From Candidatus Dormiibacterota bacterium (lineage in GTDB: Bacteria; Chloroflexota; Dormibacteria; Dormibacterales; Dormibacteraceae), in NCBI GenBank assembly GCA_039935415.1, contig JBDTKH010000032.1, positions 44,830 through 108,829 on the forward strand: a DNA stretch of 64,000 nucleotides, given 5' to 3'. The position numbers and the translations under genes are program-made. The notes beneath the pieces are model-generated. The model had not been told where the DNA came from. It saw nothing but the letters and a program-made list of their open reading frames with translations, and did not search any database. Positions 13,319-23,336 of the stretch are shown here, in pieces; position 1 is the stretch's first letter; each line of letters begins with the position of its first letter.

Positions 13319-14581
13319 CTAATCCCGGTACGTGAACCAGGCGTATTCGAGCAGGGAGCCGCTCTGCAGGATCAGGGTGACGGTGCAGGTGGGCTGGTCG
13401 CACCTCCCCGGCACGAGCTGCCCTGGCGCATCGGCCGCAGGGTCGATCGTCGGCACGCCGTTGAGGACCTCCTGGATCTGGACCGGGTCGGTGAACCCCG
13501 GCGCCCGCACCAGGCCGAAACAGACCGGCTGGCCGGGTGTGAGCTGCACGTTCGCGGGGGGCGTCGTGATGGCGAACGTCTTCACGACCAGGTCCAGCCG
13601 GCCGTTGTCGCTCTCGGTGACCAGGATGTTCTGCGCCGCGTCGAAACCGAGCCCCTGGGGATTCCGCAGCCCGCTGGCGACGTTGGCACCGGACGTCAGG
13701 TCGTAGATCCGGCCTGATCCGGGAAGGATGGCAAGGACATGGCCGGAGTCGTCGCGCACCGCGTCGTCGACGCCGGAAAGATCCCCGGCCAGCCGCTGGC
13801 GCACGTTCCCTTTGAGCTCGAACACGGCGCTGGCGTTCTCGTCCGCGATCAGGTAGCCCGCGCCCTGGGGGTCTGGCCAGGAGCCGGCGGGCCGGCTGAA
13901 GCCGCCGATTCTCCCGGTGATTTGGCCGGAGGTGTCGACGAACAGCACGGTTCCGTGCGGGCTGTCGGGAACCACCAGGCCAGACCCCTTGAGGTCGGCG
14001 GAGATGCCGTCCAGATTCTCCCCGCTCGCCACCGGCGCCAGCTGAAGGACGGTCCTGACGCCTGTGTCGGTCAGCGCGACGATGCGGGCGTTGTACTGGT
14101 CGGCGATATAGGTGACGCCGCCGACCTGCGCGATGCCCTCGGCCTCCGGTACGACCTGCGCCAGCCGCTGCAGCCCGGCGGCGCCACCCACCCGGGCGAT
14201 GTGGCCGTCGGTGTGCTCGCCCACCAGCACCGTCCCGTCATCCGTGTAGAGGAGGTCGTCCGGACCGTTGAGGCCGGAGGCGAGCTGCAGGACGGGGTCG
14301 CCGGACGACACGCCCGAGGCGACAGTGCGCGCCACGGGCTGCACGCACGGCAGAGGGCTGGGCGACGGAGAGGGAGTGGGACTCGGAATTGGCGACGGCG
14401 TCGGACGGGACGCCGAGCTCGCCGAAGTCGTGCATCCGGCCAGCAGGCTCGAGGCGGCCAGCGCCGCCGCGAGAGTTCTAGCCCGGGTCCCCGACGACGT
14501 GGTGGCGCGTGGTGAGCCGTCGCACAGTCGCCTGCCGGCTCGACATGAGAAGCGACGAGGACTCGGCGTAGCCGCTGCCAA
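13319..14581 (-). CDS. Secreted lipoprotein with six-bladed beta-propeller (NHL/SGL-like) repeats
   Basis: Lipobox LLAGC, then a PS-rich linker, then repeated ..G.....D..G.lyv.D blades. Start is uncertain. The longest ORF overlaps glpX by ~100 nt. Confidence 0.6.
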   Translation of the reverse strand: MAAATPSPRRFSCRAGRRLCDGSPRATTSSGTRARTLAAALAASSLLAGCTTSASSASRPTPSPIPSPTPSPSPSPLPCVQPVARTVASGVSSGDPVLQLASGLNGPDDLLYTDDGTVLVGEHTDGHIARVGGAAGLQRLAQVVPEAEGIAQVGGVTYIADQYNARIVALTDTGVRTVLQLAPVASGENLDGISADLKGSGLVVPDSPHGTVLFVDTSGQITGRIGGFSRPAGSWPDPQGAGYLIADENASAVFELKGNVRQRLAGDLSGVDDAVRDDSGHVLAILPGSGRIYDLTSGANVASGLRNPQGLGFDAAQNILVTESDNGRLDLVVKTFAITTPPANVQLTPGQPVCFGLVRAPGFTDPVQIQEVLNGVPTIDPAADAPGQLVPGRCDQPTCTVTLILQSGSLLEYAWFTYRD

Positions 14582-15446
14582 ACATCACGCCGGGCAGGAG
14601 CTGTCCGCCGGTGACGCCGGTGATCGCCACAGCAATATCAGCCGCCGGAGCGAGTTCTGCAAGCCCGTAGATCCGCGATACCTGGTCGACGATCAGCGCA
14701 CGTTCCTCATCGTTGCGCGGCCACAGCCGCACTTGAAGCTCCCCCCCAAGGCATCGCACCGCGCATGCGGCCATCACAGTCGCCTGGAGGTCCGCGATGC
14801 CGATCGCCGCGTCTACCCCCGTTCCCTGCATCGCAGCCATCACCGAGCCCGCGAAGTCGCCCTCCTCGAGGGCGAGGATTCGAGCGCCGGCAGCGGCAAC
14901 CTCCGCGACGAGGTCCTGGTGACGAGGCCTGTCGAGGATCGCGACGGTGAGGTCCTGCACTCGTGCGTCCCGCGCGAACGCGATCCGGCGCAGGTTGTCG
15001 GCGATCGGGTCGTCCAGGTCGATCGCGCCTCGAGCCGTGGGGCCGGCCACGATCTTCTCCACGTACCAGATGTTCGGCAGCTGAGCGAACCCTCCCGGCT
15101 CGACCGCGACGAGCAACGAAACGGCATTGGCGGCGCCGCGAGCCACCTGGCTCGCGCCTTCCACCGGTGACAGCCCGAAATCCACCATGTGCCCGACGCC
15201 TTTGATCACCGTGCCCTGCGCCAGGTAGGTCTGGTTCCGTGGATTCCGGGCGACGCTGCCCGAGATGAACGAGCCCTCGAGGGCCTGGCGCATGGCTTCG
15301 CCGGCGGCCTCGACCACGCGGTCTGGATCGCCTTTGCCGAGCAGTCGCGCCGCGGCGAGCGCGGCCGCTTCGGTCGCATGGACGAGCTCCAGCGACAGCT
15401 CGACGCGCGCTTCGAATGACGGAATCCCGCTCCGTGGCTGCTCCAT
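14478..15446 (-). CDS. glpX: Class II fructose-1,6-bisphosphatase
   Basis: 322 aa. LSLELVHATEAAALAAARLLGKGD N-terminal region and overall GlpX-like layout. Confidence 0.8.
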   Translation of the reverse strand: MEQPRSGIPSFEARVELSLELVHATEAAALAAARLLGKGDPDRVVEAAGEAMRQALEGSFISGSVARNPRNQTYLAQGTVIKGVGHMVDFGLSPVEGASQVARGAANAVSLLVAVEPGGFAQLPNIWYVEKIVAGPTARGAIDLDDPIADNLRRIAFARDARVQDLTVAILDRPRHQDLVAEVAAAGARILALEEGDFAGSVMAAMQGTGVDAAIGIADLQATVMAACAVRCLGGELQVRLWPRNDEERALIVDQVSRIYGLAELAPAADIAVAITGVTGGQLLPGVMFGSGYAESSSLLMSSRQATVRRLTTRHHVVGDPG

Positions 15447-15451
15447 GGACG

Positions 15452-17861
<2,410 letters not shown>

Positions 17862-17888
17862 CTAAATGACTCTCCTTTATTTATGTGA

Positions 17889-19577
17889 CTACATGCGCTC
17901 GGGCGCGCTCACGCCGATCAGGTCGAGCGCCGTCTTCAAAGTGTGACGCGCCGCCCGGCACAGCTCCAGGCGGGCACGGGTCAGCTTCAGGTCGTCGACC
18001 ACCACGCGGTGCTCGCTCTTCTCGTTTCCCGCGTGGTAAAAGCGGTGCACAGCGGTCGCAAGGTCCTGGACGTAGTACGGGATGCGGTGCGGCTCGAGCA
18101 GGCGGGTCGCGTCCTCCACCGCCTCCGGCCAGAACGCGAGCTGGCGGGCCACGTCGAGCTCCCATGGCTCGACGAGCAGCGACAGGTCAGCGTGCTCCGG
18201 CAGGTCGGGGTGCTTCTCGCTCGCGGTCACCTCTACGTTGACGAGCCGCGCGTGTGCGTACTGCGCGTAGTACACGGGGTTCTCGCTGCTCTGCGTCACC
18301 GCGAGCTCGAGGTCGAACTCGATTGTCGTGTCGGGCGACCTCAAAAGGTAGAAGTAGCGCACGGCATCAGAACCCACGCGGTCGATGAGCTCGTCCAATG
18401 GCACGAAGCGCCCGGCGCGCTTTGACATTTTTTGAGAGGTGCTGCCGGCGGCGCGTTCTTGCAGGTTGACCATCTGGTGGATGATGATCACGAGCTCGGC
18501 CGGGTCGATGCCGAGCGCGGCCGCCGCCGACTTCATGCGCGGCACATACCCGTGATGGTCGGCGGCCCATACCTCCACGACCCGTTTGAAGCCGCGCTGC
18601 TCGAACCGGCTGAGCAGGTAGCCCAGGTCCGACGCGAAGTAGGTCGGCTGTCCGTTGGAGCGAATGACGACGCGGTCCTCCTCTTCCGTCACCGGCTTTG
18701 ACGGGTCAAGCTCCTGCAGCGCCGGACCGAACCACAAAGCGCCGTCGCGCTCCTTCAGGTAGCCCGCGTCGCGCAACCGCTCGATCGCAGTCTTGCCGAG
18801 GCCCGACTCCCAGATCGTCGACTCCCAGAACCACTCGTCGTAGCGGATGCCGAGTCGGGCCACAGTGGCTCTGATCTGCTCGACGATCTTCTCCATCGCG
18901 TAACGCCTCAGCCTTGGCTCAGCCTCTTCCTCCGGCAGCTGCTCTATGCCCGGCAGGTCGTGGCGCGCCATCTCGGCGATCTGCGTCACGTACTCGCCCT
19001 GGTAACCGCCCTCCGGTGGTTCCTTTCCGTGAAGCCGCGCGTAGATCGAGGCCCCGAATCGTCGTGTCTGCGTGTTGTCCGAGTTGACGTAGTACTCGCG
19101 CTGCACGTCATGGTGGGTGAACTCCAACAGCCGGCAGATCGAGTCGCCGATGATCGTGCCTCGCCCATGGCCGATGTGCAGCGGACCGGTCGGGTTGATG
19201 CTTCCAAACTCGACCTGGAGGCGCTCACCATGACCGAGGTCGGTTGACCCGTAGGCAACCCCGGTCGCCGCGACGTCCACGACCAGCTTCTGCAGCCACG
19301 CGTCGGTGAGCCGAAAGTTGACGTAGCCGCCGACAGCCTCGACAGTCGCGGCGCCGTCGGCCATCGCGATCGCCTCGGCGAGCCGGCTCGCGATCTGCGC
19401 CGGGGGCTGCTTCATCACGCGTGCGAGCTTCAGTCCCGCCGGGCTTGCGTAGTCGCCGCGGCCTTCGCCCTTGGCGCGGCCGAGCTCGAGATCCGGAATG
19501 TCGCCTTCGGGCACCTGGTCGCGGACTGCGTCGAACAGCGCCGCACCGATGATCTCGCGGATGCCCTTCACAGTCAT
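17889..19577 (-). CDS. argS: Arginine--tRNA ligase
   Basis: HIGH motif (PTGPLHIGHGRG) and KMSKR motif. Start set to ATG 19577. The track ORF starts at 19592. Confidence 0.95.
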   Translation of the reverse strand: MTVKGIREIIGAALFDAVRDQVPEGDIPDLELGRAKGEGRGDYASPAGLKLARVMKQPPAQIASRLAEAIAMADGAATVEAVGGYVNFRLTDAWLQKLVVDVAATGVAYGSTDLGHGERLQVEFGSINPTGPLHIGHGRGTIIGDSICRLLEFTHHDVQREYYVNSDNTQTRRFGASIYARLHGKEPPEGGYQGEYVTQIAEMARHDLPGIEQLPEEEAEPRLRRYAMEKIVEQIRATVARLGIRYDEWFWESTIWESGLGKTAIERLRDAGYLKERDGALWFGPALQELDPSKPVTEEEDRVVIRSNGQPTYFASDLGYLLSRFEQRGFKRVVEVWAADHHGYVPRMKSAAAALGIDPAELVIIIHQMVNLQERAAGSTSQKMSKRAGRFVPLDELIDRVGSDAVRYFYLLRSPDTTIEFDLELAVTQSSENPVYYAQYAHARLVNVEVTASEKHPDLPEHADLSLLVEPWELDVARQLAFWPEAVEDATRLLEPHRIPYYVQDLATAVHRFYHAGNEKSEHRVVVDDLKLTRARLELCRAARHTLKTALDLIGVSAPERM

Positions 19578-19582
19578 GGCCG

Positions 19583-20644
19583 TCACGCGCAAGCCGGGTG
19601 CTGGGCGGAGAGCGTCAGCTGCGCCTGCGTCGAGGTGCCGCCTCGCGAGTAGGTTACGGTCACCCGTTGGTCGGGGTGGAACCGCGACCGGAGCAAGAGC
19701 CCCACCGGATGCGCCGCGTCGAGCTTGACGTCGTCGATCTGCGTGATCACATCGCCCGGTTGGAGGCCCGCCGTCGCGGCCGGGCCGCCTTTGTCAATCG
19801 TCACGAGCCGGCTTCCCTCCGGCAGGCCGCTCAAGATCGCATTCTCGGCGCTGACCTCGGTGGTGGTCGCTCCCAGCGAAGCAACCACCAGCTGGCCGCC
19901 CTGGATGATCTGGTTCACATCGTCCTGGACGTCGGCGACGTTGAGCCCGAACCCGTTGGTCCCGGTCGACGCCTCTGACTGCATCGCGATTCCGATCACC
20001 TGGCCGCCCACGTTGAGCAGCGGGCCGCCAGCGGTCCCCGCGCTGATCACGGAGCTGGTCGCGATCGTGTCGCTCAGCTCGACCACACCCCTCGCCGTCG
20101 TCGCGTCCGCGATCGAAACCACGCGGTGCAGGGCGCTCACGTAACCGGGCGTCACCGAACCACCTTCAACCGGGCCGCCTACGGCCACGATCACCTGTCC
20201 CTGAACGAGCGCGTTGGGATCGGCAAACGCAAGGGTTGGGAGCCGGCTCACCTGGTCGATCTTGATCACCGCCACGCCTGTCTCGCAGTCGTAGTCGACG
20301 AGGCGCGCGGCGTGGCTCTTGTCGTCGCCCGGGACCAGGACCGTCATCGTTGTGGCGCCGGCGATGACCTCGACGCTGGTCACGATGTACCCGTCACTGG
20401 TGGCGAGGTAGCCGGACCCACGAGACAGCGCGGGCTCCTGCTGGGTGACCACGCTGACGACCGCCGGTCGCGCCTTGGTGGCGGCCTGGACGATCGCGGA
20501 ATCCTCGGTGATGGTCACGCCCGAGCGCAGGTTGACCTGCTGGGTGTTCGTTGGTGACTGGACCTGGAGCACCGCCAGCGTGACGCCCGCCGCCACGATC
20601 GCCGTGACGAGAAGGGCCGCGGCCACGAGCACGATGGGTCTCAC
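19583..20644 (-). CDS. HtrA/DegP-family trypsin-fold + PDZ membrane-anchored protein, catalytic triad apparently substituted
   Basis: N-terminal TM helix, chymotrypsin-fold region and C-terminal PDZ (GLQPGDVITQIDD). Triad motifs read TSVEVI, GVAVIKI and GTAGG instead of TNxHVV, DxAxxK and GNSGG. Confidence 0.75.
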   Translation of the reverse strand: MRPIVLVAAALLVTAIVAAGVTLAVLQVQSPTNTQQVNLRSGVTITEDSAIVQAATKARPAVVSVVTQQEPALSRGSGYLATSDGYIVTSVEVIAGATTMTVLVPGDDKSHAARLVDYDCETGVAVIKIDQVSRLPTLAFADPNALVQGQVIVAVGGPVEGGSVTPGYVSALHRVVSIADATTARGVVELSDTIATSSVISAGTAGGPLLNVGGQVIGIAMQSEASTGTNGFGLNVADVQDDVNQIIQGGQLVVASLGATTTEVSAENAILSGLPEGSRLVTIDKGGPAATAGLQPGDVITQIDDVKLDAAHPVGLLLRSRFHPDQRVTVTYSRGGTSTQAQLTLSAQHPACA

Positions 20645-20699
20645 CTGGGGGTGAGACCGGAGATGTCGCGTATCACCCCTAGATCTTAGGTAGGGTCCG

Positions 20700-21188
20700 T
20701 CAGCGGCTGTGCAAAGGCTCCTTCGGATACCAGGTAAGGACGAGCTGGCGGTTGGGTTCGAAACCGGACGACCGGTAGAGGCGCACGGCCGACTCGTTGT
20801 CTGGACGGGTCCACACGTAGCCGAGCGTCACCCGCCGCTCCTGGAACAGCTTGACCGCCTCCCTGACGAGCATCTCGCCGATCCCCCTGCCTCGGTGCTC
20901 CGCCGAGACGTAGACCTCGGCCACCTCGCCTTCGAGGCCGGTTCCCGGGTCATAGAGGACGATCCAGCAGAAGGCGATGACCTGCGCGATCTCGTCGCGA
21001 ACGGCGTAGATCACGTTCTCGCCGCGGAACGTGGACGGCACAGCCGCCAGCTGGCTTTCGATCTCCCCGCGGCTCAGTTGCGGGTGGTCCGCGTAGTGCA
21101 CCTGCTCGCCCAGGTGGAGCTCGACGAGGAGCGGCTTGATGAGGTCGTAATCCTGCGCCGCGAGACGTTCGACGTCGAGTGTCCTCAT
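20700..21188 (-). CDS. GNAT-family N-acetyltransferase
   Basis: 162 aa, acetyl-CoA motif HRGRGIGEMLV. Confidence 0.8.
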   Translation of the reverse strand: MRTLDVERLAAQDYDLIKPLLVELHLGEQVHYADHPQLSRGEIESQLAAVPSTFRGENVIYAVRDEIAQVIAFCWIVLYDPGTGLEGEVAEVYVSAEHRGRGIGEMLVREAVKLFQERRVTLGYVWTRPDNESAVRLYRSSGFEPNRQLVLTWYPKEPLHSR

Positions 21189-21255
21189 CGCCTTCGATGG
21201 TAGCCTAGGGGCCCGCCGCTCAGCGCGCGTAACGCGCTATTTCATTGACCAATTT

Positions 21256-21331
21256 GCCGACGTAGCTCAGCTGGCAGAGCAGCCGCCTCGTAAGTGGCAG
21301 GTCGTGGGTTCGAATCCCACCGTCGGCTCCA
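21256..21331 (+). tRNA. tRNA-Thr (anticodon CGU)
   Basis: Cloverleaf folded by hand: acceptor GCCGACG/CGTCGGC, D-arm GCTC..GAGC, anticodon stem GCCGC/GTGGC with loop CTCGTAA, T-arm GTGGG TTCGAAT CCCAC, encoded CCA. Confidence 0.9.
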
Positions 21332-21335
21332 ATCA

Positions 21336-21530
21336 AGTATGAGAAGGAACCGGCGGTTCCAACTGAAGTATGAGAAGGAACCGGCGGTTCCTTCTCATCG
21401 ACCGGGCGGCTCGCCGCCGGGTCTGCTCATCTTCCAGGATGGATTTTCGGAATAGTCTCTCCTGGCCACGCTGGGAGTTGAGTTGGACAAAGTTGCAGCC
21501 GGGTTGAACCCGGCTGCCCTGCCACGCTGG
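21336..21530 (+). repeat. Structured intergenic element, copy A
   Basis: Shares the 5' hairpin atgagaaggaacc-ggc-ggttccttctcat, a second GC hairpin, the middle block ctcatcttccaggatggattttcggaatagt, gacaaagt plus hairpin gcagccggg-ttgaa-cccggctgc, and the gccacgctgg tail with the four other copies. Carries a 25-nt tandem duplication at its 5' end. Confidence 0.85.
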
Positions 21531-21540
21531 AAGGAGTTTG

Positions 21541-21989
21541 ATGCCGTACGACGAACCCGCTGACCTCATCGGAAGTTGCGCGGCGACGCTGGACACGCTT
21601 GGCCTTCTACTTGGCGACATCAGCGACGAGGTTCCGCCGGCGGATGGGTCTTGGACGATCGCCGAGATCCTCAACCACCTGGGCGAGACCGAGCGCCGCT
21701 ACCTCGGGCGGGTGCGGCGCATGCGCCGCCAGCTATACCCGCGTATGAAGATCATGCCCGACGACGACTACACGAAGCTGCCGGCCCTCAAGGCGTGGAC
21801 GATGTTCTACGAGTTGCGCCGCGACACCTCCGGGTGCTCCGGACGCTGAAGCCCGCAGAGTGGCAGAGATCAGGCACGCTGACCCCCGTCGGCGAGATCA
21901 CGATCGACGGGCTGGTTCGTCACATGGCGGCGCACGACGCCATGCACACGGCGCAGGTCGCCCGGCGGTTGAGCGGCCGCCAGGGCTAG
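21541..21989 (+). pseudogene. DinB-family (DinB_2-like) protein, reading frame broken by an apparent 1-nt indel near 21811-21835
   Basis: N-terminal half is in the frame of ORF 21538..21849 (WTIAEILNHLGETE). C-terminal half is in the frame of ORF 21576..21989 (LRVLRTLKPAEWQRSG..HMAAHDAMHTAQ). Together they make one DinB-like protein. Confidence 0.65.
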
Positions 21990-23075
21990 CGAGGCGAGCA
22001 GCGCCGCCTCCGCCAGCAGGATCGGCACCGCCAGGACCAGCAGGGCGAGCTCCAGGAGCGCGTAACCGACGACCAGCAGGCCGACCTGCCACGGCGACGC
22101 CTGCGCGCGCAGGACGAGCCAGCCTGCTACCACGAGCATCGCGAAATCCTGGAAGCCGACGTACGGAGTGAAGAGAAGCGACGCGGTGATGCCTGCCGCG
22201 ATCGGCACGCCCGACGTGCCGTTGCGGTTGCGCCAGGCCGCGACCACCGCGGTCACCACCACCACCGCCTGGACCACGTACAGCTGCGGGCCGAGCCCGA
22301 GCGGCCCCGCGATCGCGTAACGGCGCGTCGGCTCCCACTGCGAGGCGAGGCCGAGCACGTCGCGGTAGCGCTGAATGCCGTCGGGGCCCAGCATGGCCAG
22401 GGCGATCACGGCCAGGACCCCCGAGGCGACGAACCAGGCTCCGAACAGCCGCATGCGACCCGACACGAGCAGGCACAGGGGCACGAGAAGTGCGATCTGC
22501 GGCTTGATCGCGACCAGGCTCAGGACGATCCCGGCCGCGACGTTCCGGTCTCTTTCCGCGAGCCACCAGCACGCCGCCACGGCGGCCGCGACCAGCGCCA
22601 CGGGCTGGCCGACCATGACACCGAACGCAACCGGGAACAGCCCCAGCCAGACGGCGAGGTGCGCCGCGCGGGTGAGCCGGCCGCCGGGCGCCACCAAATA
22701 CCAGGCCAGCAGCAGCGCCGCCAGAAGCAGGCCGGTCCATAGCACGATGGCGACGTCGAACGGCAGCAGGGTGAATGGGGTCGCGAGCCAGACCAGCGGC
22801 GGGGGGTTGAGGAACGGCGACCAGTAGAAGCCCGCGCCCAACCCCTCCACGACGCTCTTCTGCGCCACGAGGTCGTAGAGATGGCCGTACCCGTGGCGAA
22901 GGCCGGTCAGCGCCGCGCCGTAGATGAGCCGGAAGTCGTTCCGCACGCGGTACTCAGGGATGTAGGTCACCACCGCCGCGTACACGTCGAACGCGGTCAG
23001 CAGGAAGCCGCCCCACAGCCCGGCCGTGCCCCACAGTCGGGTGCGCTGCCGCAGGTAGTTGATCACCGCCTGCAA
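21870..23075 (-). CDS. GT87/DUF2029-family polytopic membrane glycosyltransferase
   Basis: 401 aa, more than 9 TM segments, typical DUF2029 layout. TTG start overlaps the terminator T-tract (alternative GTG at 23066). 3' end overlaps the convergent DinB gene by 120 nt. Confidence 0.65.
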   Translation of the reverse strand: MQAVINYLRQRTRLWGTAGLWGGFLLTAFDVYAAVVTYIPEYRVRNDFRLIYGAALTGLRHGYGHLYDLVAQKSVVEGLGAGFYWSPFLNPPPLVWLATPFTLLPFDVAIVLWTGLLLAALLLAWYLVAPGGRLTRAAHLAVWLGLFPVAFGVMVGQPVALVAAAVAACWWLAERDRNVAAGIVLSLVAIKPQIALLVPLCLLVSGRMRLFGAWFVASGVLAVIALAMLGPDGIQRYRDVLGLASQWEPTRRYAIAGPLGLGPQLYVVQAVVVVTAVVAAWRNRNGTSGVPIAAGITASLLFTPYVGFQDFAMLVVAGWLVLRAQASPWQVGLLVVGYALLELALLVLAVPILLAEAALLASLALAAAQPPGDLRRVHGVVRRHVTNQPVDRDLADGGQRA

Positions 23076-23108
23076 AAAATAAGGGCTCGGACCTGAGTCC
23101 GAGCCTTT
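23074..23108 (-). terminator. Rho-independent terminator downstream of dnaK and element copy B
   Basis: Minus strand reads GGCUCGGAC-UCAG-GUCCGAGCC followed by CUUAUUUUUU. Confidence 0.8.
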
Positions 23109-23110
23109 TA

Positions 23111-23333
23111 CACCAGCGTGGCCTGGGCGGCGGGGTTCAACCCGGCCGCGACTTTGTCACCTAGAACACCCCGACGTGACCTGAAGTGACCTCTAAATCA
23201 AGTCCCATCCATATGCCGGAAAGAGTGCGCCGGCCCTTGTCACCGCGCTGCGCTCTCGATTCGGCATGAGGGCCGGGTCCCCGTCGCGAAGCGACCGGGC
23301 GATGAGAGGGAACCATCTGGCTCCCCCTCATAC
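23111..23333 (-). repeat. Structured intergenic element, copy B
   Basis: Reverse complement aligns to copies A, C, D and E (tatgagggggag..ttccctctcatcg, ..gacaaagtcgcggccgggttgaaccccgccgc..gccacgctggtg). Contains an extra ~55-nt insert after hairpin 2. Starts 3 nt after the dnaK stop. Confidence 0.85.
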
Positions 23334-23336
23334 CGT

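Noticed and set aside
21336-21530. Interpretation of the five-copy element as a classical MITE or as a CRISPR-like array
   Set aside because: It has no terminal inverted repeats and no consistent target-site duplication (a TA is seen at only two of the five copies). The copies are dispersed over 42 kb in both orientations rather than arrayed with spacers.
21333-21674. 113-aa minus-strand ORF covering element copy A
   Set aside because: It runs antisense through the repeat element and the DinB 5' end. No motifs, and it is not conserved between element copies.
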